Source: Gammaproteobacteria bacterium (GTDB lineage: Bacteria > Pseudomonadota > Gammaproteobacteria > CAKMZV01). From it: a DNA stretch of 64,000 nt. The notes beneath the pieces are model-generated. The model was not told where the DNA came from. It was given only the letters and a program-made list of their open reading frames with translations, and did not search any database. Both the position numbers and the translations under genes were made by a program. Shown in pieces: positions 9,150 through 19,074 of the stretch; within the stretch, counting starts at the first letter, position 1; each line of letters starts with the position of its first letter. The stretch lies in contig CBDCOD010000019.1 in NCBI GenBank assembly GCA_965219665.1, positions 30,070 to 94,069 of the forward strand, written 5' to 3'.

Positions 9150-12023
9150 TTACACTCCTAATTTTTCAAGTTTGTACCCCTGAGCACTACACCGTTCTGC
9201 GCTCGCCATATTACTAATCACTGCTCTAGAACAATCTGCTGTCAAATACAGCTCCCCAGTACGCCTTAAATCATTAATAGAAACATCCAGAATGCGCTCC
9301 CTATAAAGCGAACGCCACTCCAAGTCATGGCCATGCAATGCACCAAAAAACGTACGGCTTGCTTCTGCAGCAGGCGTTAGAGGCGCATCCATTTTGGCAA
9401 TCGCACCCAAAATTGCCGCATCTAATTGTTTAGTGTCATGAGTTTGACTGACCAACCAGTCAATTGAATTATCAAAGTCCTGGAGTGTATCTTCCAAACG
9501 AGGATCGCGATAGGAGAAGAAACGGAAGCTAGCAGTGTCAGCACTATACTGCGCTCCCCCTCCATAAGCCCCTCCCTGCTCGCGGATAGCAGTGTGCAAG
9601 AACCCATTGCGTAAGAAATGCGATAAAACAACAAGTGCCGCTGCATCTGGGTGAGAAGCTGGAACTGCTGCGTGTGCCTGTCCGCAATAATGAACTTGTG
9701 TAGACATTGTCCAGACTACATTCTGTTGCTTGGGAGAAGACTGCTTAAATAGAGGATGCCCTGAGATAGATTGAGATTGAGGAACCACATGCTGTTGCAT
9801 AATATTGACGCCTTCCTCATCCCCTATTAGCAACCACAATGGCTTATCACATGCAAACTTACGGTATAGATTTTCTAATTGCTGCGCCAAAATTTCTGTT
9901 CCACTATTTTGCAAGCTATTATGCAGTTTAATTATCCGTTGGACTGCCTTCAGACCCGACCACTGATAATTAAATTGGGCATGAGCATTGAGCCCACTTG
10001 CTGCAGCATCCATAGCTAATAGATGCCCCTTCTGCGCTACACCTTGCTCACTTTGGTAGCGCAGCTGAGCAAACAACTCTCCTAACCGCTCATGCTCATC
10101 AAAATGTACTGTGGAACGCAAATCGCTAATATACTCAACCAATTTAGGCACATAACGATTAAGCGCCTTCCCTGAAAAGACTAAATAAGCATTATGTTTT
10201 TCCACATCCTCAGGGCGCATACCAATATGTGCATTCATGCTAATGCCACCCGTATAGCGCGCCAATGCAATTTGTGTCTGCTTGTAATCGCGCCCAGCAG
10301 AACCCAACTGAGCCGCCACATTGATAAGCCACGGCAATGTTTCTATTTCTTGAGCATTTAAGGATGGCATAGGCTGAATAGCGCGAATATATGACAACCC
10401 ATTCGTACGCACTGAAAAAACCTGAGCACTGTTAGCAATTGGCTGTACTTCCGTAATCGTGCGCTCAACATCTTTTACGTGGATTTTAGGCAATACTGAT
10501 ACATCTTCTTCTGCTTCTTGACGCATCTGCAGTTGCTGATTAAATTGCACTATATCCTGTTTCTGTTGCTTTTCCATCTGCTGCGAAACTTGTTGTAAGC
10601 GCTGCTGCTCCTTCGCGAGCATTTGTTTAGATTTTTTAAGGCTAGGCACTAACTGTAGTGATACCCTGTGCAAATTATTGAGTAGCCAACTTTGTACTAA
10701 TTTCGGAATAAAACGTGGATCTGTACACTCTTTGCGTAGCCTCTCTAGTGCCGCATCGATATCTACACGATCAACCACTGAACCACCATGAATTGCTGCA
10801 GTTAAGCCCGACAAAATAAGCCCTAAACCATAAGGGTACCCCCCTCCAGCTATTTCACGCTGCCCTAGCTCTAACTGGTGCATGACCCCTTCTACTAATG
10901 CTACATCTATACCACCCTCTACCACCTTCTCCAATTCTGATAGAACCAAGGCCTCCAAAGACTCTATATGTCCCGCTTCACAGCCTTCTAAGCCAACTGT
11001 AAACTGCATTTGTCTATGCTCATCTTCTAGCCCGCACAATGGTGACGGTGTCTGCCCTAAGTCACTGTTCTCTAAAGCCACACGTAACGGTGAGCCACCA
11101 TTATCTAATAGCACCCCACTTAACAGGTGGGCACGCAATACCTCATTAATATCCGCGCTCTCTCCCCACAACCAAGATATAACCAAATGTGTCCTCTGGG
11201 CGCTATCCTCCTCATCGAAGGCATACTCTCCTTGTGCAGATATTGGGGTAGTAATAGGTTTTTCTAAAGGCACTAACGGAACCGCCTCAGCCGGTTCAAA
11301 AGCCTTTAGAACCCGCTTTTCAAAAACTGCTTGTAGATTTGTAGGGGTTTCCGAACCAAAAGTTAGAAATATCGCATTAGACGGATGATAATGCTTTTTA
11401 TGGAAATCGACCAACTGTTGATAGGATAAATCTGGAATGGCTTCAGGCTCTCCTCCACTATTGTAATGATACGTCACAGTCGGGTATAAATAACTACACA
11501 ATTCGTGCCACAACACCCGTGCAGGAGTGCTCATCGCCCCTTTCATTTCATTAAATACGACTCCCTTATATACCAATTCTGATGCCGTATCGCCACTGGT
11601 AGCAAAGTCATAACGCCAACCTTCTTGCCTAAAATCTTGCTCAGATAATATAGGAAAGAATGCCGCATCCAAATACACATCTAATAAATTGTAAAAATCA
11701 GTACGATTACAACTGGCAAAAGGATATGCTGTCCAGTCACTGGCGGTGAAGGCATTCATAAAGGTATTCAGAGAACGCCGTGTCATCAGAAAGAATGGGT
11801 CACGCACTGGATAACGCTTGCTGCCACATAACACCGTGTGCTCTAAAATATGCGCAACACCGGTAGAATCAGTCGGTACCGTACGAAACGCTACCATAAA
11901 GACCTGCTCCTTACTATCGCAGGCAAAATGGTAATGCGAACAGCCTAACCGCTGATGCTTATAGTGCTGTAACTCAACACCGATTGCCTCAATTTCTTTC
12001 TTATCAACTAATGAAAAACTCAT
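9150..12023 (-). CDS. M16-family zinc metallopeptidase (PreP/pitrilysin-like, M16C)
   Basis: 957 aa. Inverted zinc motif HILEHTVLCGS (HxxEH) near the N-terminus. Confidence 0.8.
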   Translation of the reverse strand: MSFSLVDKKEIEAIGVELQHYKHQRLGCSHYHFACDSKEQVFMVAFRTVPTDSTGVAHILEHTVLCGSKRYPVRDPFFLMTRRSLNTFMNAFTASDWTAYPFASCNRTDFYNLLDVYLDAAFFPILSEQDFRQEGWRYDFATSGDTASELVYKGVVFNEMKGAMSTPARVLWHELCSYLYPTVTYHYNSGGEPEAIPDLSYQQLVDFHKKHYHPSNAIFLTFGSETPTNLQAVFEKRVLKAFEPAEAVPLVPLEKPITTPISAQGEYAFDEEDSAQRTHLVISWLWGESADINEVLRAHLLSGVLLDNGGSPLRVALENSDLGQTPSPLCGLEDEHRQMQFTVGLEGCEAGHIESLEALVLSELEKVVEGGIDVALVEGVMHQLELGQREIAGGGYPYGLGLILSGLTAAIHGGSVVDRVDIDAALERLRKECTDPRFIPKLVQSWLLNNLHRVSLQLVPSLKKSKQMLAKEQQRLQQVSQQMEKQQKQDIVQFNQQLQMRQEAEEDVSVLPKIHVKDVERTITEVQPIANSAQVFSVRTNGLSYIRAIQPMPSLNAQEIETLPWLINVAAQLGSAGRDYKQTQIALARYTGGISMNAHIGMRPEDVEKHNAYLVFSGKALNRYVPKLVEYISDLRSTVHFDEHERLGELFAQLRYQSEQGVAQKGHLLAMDAAASGLNAHAQFNYQWSGLKAVQRIIKLHNSLQNSGTEILAQQLENLYRKFACDKPLWLLIGDEEGVNIMQQHVVPQSQSISGHPLFKQSSPKQQNVVWTMSTQVHYCGQAHAAVPASHPDAAALVVLSHFLRNGFLHTAIREQGGAYGGGAQYSADTASFRFFSYRDPRLEDTLQDFDNSIDWLVSQTHDTKQLDAAILGAIAKMDAPLTPAAEASRTFFGALHGHDLEWRSLYRERILDVSINDLRRTGELYLTADCSRAVISNMASAERCSAQGYKLEKLGV

Positions 12024-12113
12024 TACAACCCTTACAATTTTTGACGATAAATCACAAAATTATCATTTTGTAGATTGTTACTTCTAATTTTAATTTTAGG
12101 AGGGCGAGCCTTC

Positions 12114-12797
12114 TTAAAACTGCCAGCCTTGATTTCTGAGTAGGCCCGCCAGTTTAGGCCAACGCGTGCGTTTTTCAGGAAAATGCGATAACTGAAAGAT
12201 TCTGGCACCGCTAAATTTCTTAATGGCTTCCATGTTATCCATCAACAGCTTAGACTCTCCTGCCGCATCGTTGACTATAACACTATGCAGTGCAATACCT
12301 TCCTGCTGCAAGACATTGAGTGCTAACAAAGCATGATTGATACACCCTAGCCTGTTACGCACAACCAAAACTGCAGGCAATTTTAAGCGCTTTGCCAAGT
12401 CGGCACATAATCCATCTTCTGCCATTGGTGAGTACACACCACCTGCCCCCTCAACCAGCAAGAAATCGTCCGCTGTAACACCTCGCAAAACCGCATCCTG
12501 TAACTGTGTAATCGTTATGGGAGTCCCTGCTCTACGAGCTGCCAAGTCAGGCGCAACTGCATCCTCAAAAGCAAAGGGAGTTACCATATCTGGATTATTG
12601 TCAGTACCACTTGCCTCTATGAGAGCCTGCGTATCTTCGCACATGAGCGTCTTATCTGCCTGAGAGAGGCAGCCTGATGCAACTGGCTTGCGTGGCACCA
12701 CCCTATATTTCTGCCCACGCAATAAGTGTGCTATAGCAGCAGCAACTTCCGTTTTTCCTACTTCAGTATCGGTCCCTGTAACAAACAAACCCTGCAT
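12114..12797 (-). CDS. bioD: dethiobiotin synthetase
   Basis: LFVTGTDTEVGKTEV P-loop and a BioD-like fold, 227 aa. Confidence 0.85.
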   Translation of the reverse strand: MQGLFVTGTDTEVGKTEVAAAIAHLLRGQKYRVVPRKPVASGCLSQADKTLMCEDTQALIEASGTDNNPDMVTPFAFEDAVAPDLAARRAGTPITITQLQDAVLRGVTADDFLLVEGAGGVYSPMAEDGLCADLAKRLKLPAVLVVRNRLGCINHALLALNVLQQEGIALHSVIVNDAAGESKLLMDNMEAIKKFSGARIFQLSHFPEKRTRWPKLAGLLRNQGWQF

Positions 12798-12818
12798 CAG
12801 GCAATAGAAAGTATAGCG

Positions 12819-13694
12819 TTAACCCAACAAAATACGCTGAATGTCAAAATAGCGACCTTGTATGCGCTGCACGATTTCACTAGGCAAAATGGGGCCTGGT
12901 GGCGTTTTATCCCAATCAAGTGTCTCTAAGTAGTCTCGTAGAATTTGCTTATCAAAACTTTCAGGCGACGTGCCCACCTGATAATGCTGCACATCCCAAA
13001 AGCGCGAAGAATCGGGTGTTAGTGCCTCATCCATAAGCACCAAATTATCATCCTCATCTAATCCAAATTCAAACTTAGTGTCTGCCATAATAATTCCACG
13101 CTCTAAAGCATACGCTGCCGCCCAGTCATATAACTGCACACTAATATCCCGTATTTGCTTAGCACGCCCCTCACCTAATATATCAACAGTCTGCTCAAAT
13201 GAAATATTTTCGTCATGATCACCCACTGCTGCTTTAGTGGATGGTGTATATAGGGTGTGGGGCAGTTGTTGCGCCTGCTGTAATCCTTGCGGCAATTCAA
13301 GCCCACAAACCGCGCCTGTTTTTTGATAATCCTTCCAACCCGATCCAATTAAATAACCACGAACAATTGCTTCTACAGGTAGTGGCTTTAAGCGCTGTAC
13401 GACCATTGCATGACGTCCTACACGTTCTACCTCACCAGCTGTCAGCACAGAACTTAAATCAAAGTCCGTTAATAGATGGTTAGGGACAATATGGCTTGAT
13501 TTAGCAAACCAAAATTTAGAAATATCGGTCAACACTATCCCTTTATCTGGGATAAGGTCGGGCAGCACTACATCAAAAGCTGAAACTCGGTCCGTGGACA
13601 CCATTAGCAATTTATCATCACCAACAGCATATATATCACGAACTTTCCCTTGGTTAATTAACGGAAGTGAGTCAATTTGGAATGGATTAGACAT
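12819..13694 (-). CDS. purC: phosphoribosylaminoimidazole-succinocarboxamide synthase (SAICAR synthetase)
   Basis: 291 aa. GKVRDIY...DRVSAFD motifs of PurC. Confidence 0.9.
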   Translation of the reverse strand: MSNPFQIDSLPLINQGKVRDIYAVGDDKLLMVSTDRVSAFDVVLPDLIPDKGIVLTDISKFWFAKSSHIVPNHLLTDFDLSSVLTAGEVERVGRHAMVVQRLKPLPVEAIVRGYLIGSGWKDYQKTGAVCGLELPQGLQQAQQLPHTLYTPSTKAAVGDHDENISFEQTVDILGEGRAKQIRDISVQLYDWAAAYALERGIIMADTKFEFGLDEDDNLVLMDEALTPDSSRFWDVQHYQVGTSPESFDKQILRDYLETLDWDKTPPGPILPSEIVQRIQGRYFDIQRILLG

Positions 13695-13945
13695 AGAAAT
13701 AATATAAAGATTAATAAGGCCAACACAAAGCTGCCATTATACTTCTTGGACCGCTCCTCTGCCAGTACGCTTCATCATGTAGTTAAGAACAACAGGAAGC
13801 CACCATCAACACGTCATACTCTGAAACGCACCTTTTCACTGATTGCCTCGAATGCGACATCTAGTGTCGCATTCGAACACTTGACCGCTTGATAATAACG
13901 AATAATTGTGCTAAAAATAGCATCCTTTTCAACTAACCGAACAAA

Positions 13946-14314
13946 ATGATTATGAGTAAGCACGACAACTACGAATTTTTATTGCGCCTTCAACAAGCCA
14001 TAAAAGCACATGAACCGATTAACCGTAAACAGTTAGCATACAAAATTGGCGTCTCTGAACGAACATTAAGTAGATGGTTAAAAGGGAATAACTGCCCCAA
14101 GCAGGATAATATTAAAGCGCTCGCATATGAATTGAACGTTTCTATGCAATGGCTGATATCTGGTGAAGCGCACGCACAGAACACTACGACTTATGCCGGC
14201 ATTAAAAATAATCCGTATAGCCAAGAATTAGTCAAGCTCCTGAATAATGTTTCTATAAAACATCGTGCCTTTTTGGTACAAGAGTTAGGTGCACTCTTAA
14301 AACAAACCATTTAA
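13946..14314 (+). CDS. XRE-family helix-turn-helix protein
   Basis: HTH segment LAYKIGVSERTLSRWLKGNN followed by the conserved ...VSMQWLISGEA tail. 122 aa. Confidence 0.6.
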   Translation: MIMSKHDNYEFLLRLQQAIKAHEPINRKQLAYKIGVSERTLSRWLKGNNCPKQDNIKALAYELNVSMQWLISGEAHAQNTTTYAGIKNNPYSQELVKLLNNVSIKHRAFLVQELGALLKQTI

Positions 14315-14346
14315 AAATCAACAACATCTCACTAAAGGTATTTAAT

Positions 14347-14739
14347 ATGAATAACTCTTATATCCGCTTCCTTCATTTCAGGCATACCCTATCACAACGA
14401 CTGCGACAACTGTGTTATGGGCACAATAACTCACTCATAAATGTGCCCTATCTTGCTAATCAGCTCAATGTTTCTGCATGCACGCTACACAGATGGCTAA
14501 ATGGAACATCTGTTCCCAGCAAAGATAACTTAGTGAGCATTTCCAAATATTTCAATGTCTCACTAGAATGGCTTATCAGCGGCAGTTTGAGCACTGAAGA
14601 AAACACACCCATTGTTTATGATGCAGAACTAGAGTTGCATAAATTATTTGCTAAGTTAAGTAGCAAAAAACAACGCGCCTTTTTGGACATATGTCGCAGC
14701 TTAGTTTGTTGGCTTAACATGCAAATTCACCAAAAATAA
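14347..14739 (+). CDS. XRE-family helix-turn-helix protein, paralog of the preceding gene
   Basis: LANQLNVSACTLHRWLNGTS and ...VSLEWLISGS parallel the upstream gene. 130 aa. Confidence 0.6.
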   Translation: MNNSYIRFLHFRHTLSQRLRQLCYGHNNSLINVPYLANQLNVSACTLHRWLNGTSVPSKDNLVSISKYFNVSLEWLISGSLSTEENTPIVYDAELELHKLFAKLSSKKQRAFLDICRSLVCWLNMQIHQK

Positions 14740-14765
14740 AACCATTTTTTGCGCTTAAAAAGCAT

Positions 14766-14800
14766 TATAAAAAAGAGGGCAGTGTAAAACACTGCCCTCT
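14766..14800 (-). terminator. rho-independent terminator downstream of aceA
   Basis: Perfect 10-bp inverted repeat GAGGGCAGTG-taaaa-CACTGCCCTC (14775-14799). It is followed on the minus strand by a T-run (plus-strand aaaaaa at 14768-14774). Confidence 0.7.
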
Positions 14801-14824
14801 ATCTACCTCAACTACTTTGACAAG

Positions 14825-16147
14825 CTAGCCTGCAAACTGTTGCTCCTCCGTTGAGCCAGTCAGAGCTGTTACCGATGATTGACCGCCCTGGATAACCGTT
14901 GTCATATCATCAAAATAGCCCGTTCCAACTTCTTGCTGGTGCGCTACAAAGGTGTATCCTTTATCTGCATCAGCAAATTCAGCTTCTTGAACCATCTCTA
15001 CATAGTGCTTCATGCCCTCACCTCGGCTATAGCTATAAGCCAATTTGAACATGTTATGCCACATATTATGGATACCTGCCAATGTAATGAATTGGAATCT
15101 ATAGCCCATATCACATAACTCATCTTGGAACTTCGCAATAGTCGCGTCAGAAAGGTTTTTCTTCCAATTAAAAGATGGTGAACAATTGTAAGCCAATAGT
15201 TTTTCAGGGAACTGAGCATGAATTGCCTCAGCAAACTGACGTGCTTCATCCAAATCAGGCTTGGCTGTCTCACACCATAGCACATCAGCATATGGCGCAT
15301 AGGCAAGACCACGTGCAATAGCTTGATCTATACCTGCACGTGTACGATAAAAGCCCTCTGCAGTGCGTTCACCCTCAACAAATGGAGCATCATAAGGATC
15401 ACAGTCAGACGTAATTAAGTCAGCGGCATTTGCGTCTGTGCGTGCTAGCAGTATGGTTGGCGTTCCTGCAACATCAGCTGCCAAGCGTGCTGCAATTAAC
15501 TTTTGAACCGCTTCCTGCGTCGGCACTAGCACTTTTCCACCCATATGACCGCACTTCTTAACAGAGGCCAGTTGATCCTCAAAGTGTACCCCTGCAGCAC
15601 CTGCTTTAATCATAGAGCGCATCAACTCGTAAGCATTCAGTACGCCACCGAAGCCAGCCTCAGCATCAGCAACAATAGGCAAAAAGTAGTCTATATAGCC
15701 ATCATTGCCGGGACCAATCCCTCGCTGACATTGAATTTGATCTGCTCGCTCAAAAGCATTATTAATACGCTCAATAACCGTAGGAACTGAATCTACAGGA
15801 TACAGTGACTGATCCGGATACATAGACATGCCCGAATTATTATCTGCAGCAACCTGCCATCCTGATAAGTAAATCGCTTCCATGCCTGCCTTAGCCTGCT
15901 GAACAGCCTGACCACCAGTTAGCGTACCTAATGCGTTGATATAGCCTTTTTTAGAATCGCCATTAATAGCATCCCATAGCCGTTCTGCACCTCGGCGGGC
16001 CAAACTATGTTCTACCTGAACAGTTCCGCGCAAGCGCACAACATCTTCTGCACTATAACCACGCTTAATGCCTTCCCACCGAGATTTTTCTGCCCATTCT
16101 TGCTCTAACTGAGCAATACTAATTTGACGGTTGTAACTTTTTTTCAT
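14825..16147 (-). CDS. aceA: isocitrate lyase
   Basis: 440 aa. KKCGHMGGK isocitrate lyase signature (K-K-C-G-H). Confidence 0.9.
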   Translation of the reverse strand: MKKSYNRQISIAQLEQEWAEKSRWEGIKRGYSAEDVVRLRGTVQVEHSLARRGAERLWDAINGDSKKGYINALGTLTGGQAVQQAKAGMEAIYLSGWQVAADNNSGMSMYPDQSLYPVDSVPTVIERINNAFERADQIQCQRGIGPGNDGYIDYFLPIVADAEAGFGGVLNAYELMRSMIKAGAAGVHFEDQLASVKKCGHMGGKVLVPTQEAVQKLIAARLAADVAGTPTILLARTDANAADLITSDCDPYDAPFVEGERTAEGFYRTRAGIDQAIARGLAYAPYADVLWCETAKPDLDEARQFAEAIHAQFPEKLLAYNCSPSFNWKKNLSDATIAKFQDELCDMGYRFQFITLAGIHNMWHNMFKLAYSYSRGEGMKHYVEMVQEAEFADADKGYTFVAHQQEVGTGYFDDMTTVIQGGQSSVTALTGSTEEQQFAG

Positions 16148-16189
16148 AAATCATAACTCCATAATTGAGATAAATATGCCTATCATTTT

Positions 16190-16410
16190 TAACGAATAAT
16201 GTTGCGGTGCAGCAAATGTAGTGCGCACCAAATATATTCCATTAGAAAATCCAAAAAACTGTAGTTAGTTTTTAGACCTTAATGAGACATCACTTAGAGT
16301 TTGTGACGAAAGTAACTTAGATGAGTAACCTAAGTAATGTATGAGGAATAACCTCATAAAATATGTATGTTGGTAGAACTCATTATATTGTTGCGGTGCA
16401 GCACCAGTCA
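16190..16410. promoter_or_regulatory. repeated 16-bp motif TTGTTGCGGTGCAGCA in the aceA upstream region (candidate operator or promoter elements)
   Basis: The motif occurs at about 16198-16215 and 16389-16404, about 190 bp apart, both upstream of aceA on the minus strand. The first copy is embedded in a GGTGC...GCACC inverted repeat. Confidence 0.3.
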
Positions 16411-16453
16411 AGTTTTTTTATAAAAATTATTCTACTCTCACTATCAGTAGAAT

Positions 16454-16942
16454 CTAAATCCCACGAAATAGACCGCAAGCATAGTGTTTCTCTACTTCAT
16501 CTGCACACCAATACATGCCTCCCATCGTTATATAGCAACCATAAGAAAGCGTTTGTACAATGCCTAATGCCATACCCAAATTAAACTCAGCATCACTTTT
16601 CCCCAATGCCCAGGGGCGCATTGCGCCGGTAAATACAACAGTTTTATCAGTTATTGTCAATGCTTTTGCGCTTTCTACCATCGTATCTGTACCGTGTATT
16701 ACAACAATTCTTTTTGCAGAATTATTCTCCACAGTTGTCCTGAGCAGTTGCCTATCCGCATCACTAAAATCCAGAGAATCTTTTAAGAACAATTTTTCAA
16801 TACAGATTGCATTTTGTATTCGGCAATTACGTGCTATTCGTGCAAAATGAGTGTCTCTAAATGCTAACGTACCTCGCAATGGATCATAGTCCTTATCAAA
16901 GGTTCCACCTGTTAGAATAATTGCTATTTCCCCCATATCCAA
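16454..16942 (-). CDS. asparaginase/glutaminase-family protein (N-terminal catalytic domain only)
   Basis: IILTGGT, VVIHGTDTM and VVFTGAMRP blocks match the asparaginase N-terminal-domain motifs. Only 162 aa, with no C-terminal domain. Confidence 0.5.
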   Translation of the reverse strand: MDMGEIAIILTGGTFDKDYDPLRGTLAFRDTHFARIARNCRIQNAICIEKLFLKDSLDFSDADRQLLRTTVENNSAKRIVVIHGTDTMVESAKALTITDKTVVFTGAMRPWALGKSDAEFNLGMALGIVQTLSYGCYITMGGMYWCADEVEKHYACGLFRGI

Positions 16943-16976
16943 AAACTCCTTTCAAAAAAACGCCTACGAGCACGTA

Positions 16977-18017
16977 TCAGGCAAACCCTTTAGGGTTTTG
17001 GCTTTGCCAACGCCATGCATCTTCACACATAGCCTGCAAACCTCGTTTTGCTGTCCAGCCTAATAGCTGGGTAGCACGCGTGGTATCAGCAAAACAGATG
17101 GCGGTATCGCCACTGCGTCTACCTACTACTTCAAAAGGAATTATCTTACCACTTGCCTGCTCAAAGGCACGCAGTACCTGTAAAACACTGTAGCCATGCC
17201 CGACACCAAGATTGCAAACAAGCGGCTGACCCGAAAAATCCTTTAGAGCATCCAATGCTGCACTATGCCCTTCAACCAAATCCATAACATGGATGTAATC
17301 GCGCACACCAGTGCCATCTAAAGTTTGATAATCATCGCCGTATATAGATAATTTACTACGCTGACCCATTGCCACTTGAGCGATAAACGGCATCAGGTTA
17401 TTGGGCGTTCCCTGCGGCATTTCACCTATTACGCCACTGGCATGTGCCCCAACTGGATTAAAGTATCGTAGCAGCGCTATTTGTAAGCTGTGGTCACTAC
17501 TTGACATATCCATCAAAATATCCTCAACCATCTTTTTAGACTGTCCATAAGGATTGATAGCTGAAGTAGGACAATCTTCGTGTAAAGGAGGTTCAACTGT
17601 CCCATACACGGTTGCTGATGAGCTAAATACTAAGCGCTTAATACCACATGCCTGCATAGCACGCAGCAGACTGATACTCCCTGCAACATTGTTGTCGTAA
17701 TACAATTCTGGCTTCTCTACCGACTCACCAACTGCTTTAAGCCCAGCAAAATGTACAACAGCCTCTGGCTTATGTATATGCATAATATCAATCAAACGCT
17801 GATAATCACGCACATCTGCATGATAAAAACTAATAGACTTCTGGGTTAAACTGCAAACACGCTTGAGTGAATCGCGGTAGCTATTGCACAAATTATCAAC
17901 TACAACTATGCGGTACCCTAATTCTAAAAAATGCAGTACAGCATGCGAACCAATATAGCCAGCGCCGCCAGTAATAAGTAGAGTAGATGAAGTAGTCATA
18001 ATACTAAGATTGTCCAA
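16977..18017 (-). CDS. galE: UDP-glucose 4-epimerase
   Basis: LLITGGAGYIGSH Rossmann motif, YGQSK catalytic YxxxK, 346 aa. Confidence 0.85.
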   Translation of the reverse strand: MDNLSIMTTSSTLLITGGAGYIGSHAVLHFLELGYRIVVVDNLCNSYRDSLKRVCSLTQKSISFYHADVRDYQRLIDIMHIHKPEAVVHFAGLKAVGESVEKPELYYDNNVAGSISLLRAMQACGIKRLVFSSSATVYGTVEPPLHEDCPTSAINPYGQSKKMVEDILMDMSSSDHSLQIALLRYFNPVGAHASGVIGEMPQGTPNNLMPFIAQVAMGQRSKLSIYGDDYQTLDGTGVRDYIHVMDLVEGHSAALDALKDFSGQPLVCNLGVGHGYSVLQVLRAFEQASGKIIPFEVVGRRSGDTAICFADTTRATQLLGWTAKRGLQAMCEDAWRWQSQNPKGFA

Positions 18018-19074
18018 TAGGGCGCAGCCATTGCGCCAAATTAAGTTGTCTCCCCTTCTTTATCAACATAAAAATCAAGCCGTTGTTTTGCGCTAGCTCC
18101 ACATTGTGTCCACTCACTGCAATCGTTTGGTTTTCGCTAATGCTCTCACCTTCTTTAACATATGATGCATCTACTCTTGCATAAAAGGCGATAAAGCCAT
18201 TACCATGGTTGGCCGCAATAGTTAGCCCCAAATTCGGTATCCACTGAATAGCTGTAACAATCCCTGAGGCGATGGCTCGCACCTCTGTAGGTTTATTCTG
18301 CTGAACGAGCCAAGCATTATCAAAGTATGCAATTTTAGTAGGAATACCCATGGCAGGCCAGTTAATCAGCCGCTTCCGGCTTTGCAGAGATTGATGAGTC
18401 AGTGGAGTACGCTGTTGATAGGCTTGTTTACTTGCCCTACGGACGCTTTTGCGCGCTTTGCTGCGCGAATAAGCTGCTATTTTTTGATTTTGAGCAATAG
18501 CTCGTTCTAACTGCTTAACTAAAGCAATTGCAGCTTTACGCTCCTTGCTAAGGGTTTTTTGACGTTCACTCAATGCACGCTGATGCGCTGCTAAATTTTC
18601 ACTTTCTTGACGCGCCTCTAAACTAATTGATTGGTATTGGCTACTTATTAGTTCAATAGCCTGAATATTCGCAATTTGCAAGCCACTGATGCTTTCAAAA
18701 TAATGACGATAACGCCTTCTACTATTAATTTCTGCTGCATAGCGCTCAGAACTTGCCAAGCTGGGAATCTGTTCATGAAAACTTTGACGATGAATGAAGC
18801 GTAATTGCTTAGCTAACTGATTTTTGTGCTGCATGAGATCTGCAGCCAACATCCGCTGTTTCTCTAAGGAATGTCTATGCTTCTTACGCAATTCTCTACG
18901 CTGTTCCTGCAATTCCTTAATCTCAACACGTAACTGAGCACTTTGTAGATCATTTGCCTTTAAACGCTCCTGCTGCACATCAAATTTTTTCTGTAGTGCA
19001 TCAATATTCTTGCTCTCCTCAGCATGGACTGCAGTGACCATACAAATCATCAACAAGACAGCAAATCGACTCAT
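18004..19074 (-). CDS. M23/LytM-domain peptidase with N-terminal coiled coil (EnvC-like murein hydrolase activator)
   Basis: Signal peptide, a long Q/E/R-rich coiled coil, and a C-terminal LytM-like block (GLTIAANHGNGF...). Confidence 0.7.
   Translation of the reverse strand: MSRFAVLLMICMVTAVHAEESKNIDALQKKFDVQQERLKANDLQSAQLRVEIKELQEQRRELRKKHRHSLEKQRMLAADLMQHKNQLAKQLRFIHRQSFHEQIPSLASSERYAAEINSRRRYRHYFESISGLQIANIQAIELISSQYQSISLEARQESENLAAHQRALSERQKTLSKERKAAIALVKQLERAIAQNQKIAAYSRSKARKSVRRASKQAYQQRTPLTHQSLQSRKRLINWPAMGIPTKIAYFDNAWLVQQNKPTEVRAIASGIVTAIQWIPNLGLTIAANHGNGFIAFYARVDASYVKEGESISENQTIAVSGHNVELAQNNGLIFMLIKKGRQLNLAQWLRPIGQS

Noticed and set aside
9422-11388. Several 60-170-aa ORFs on either strand inside the M16 peptidase gene (e.g. 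10882..11388, 9422..9646)
   Set aside because: They lie entirely within a 957-aa gene that has strong family motifs. They have low-complexity Ser/Cys-rich composition and no start-site support.
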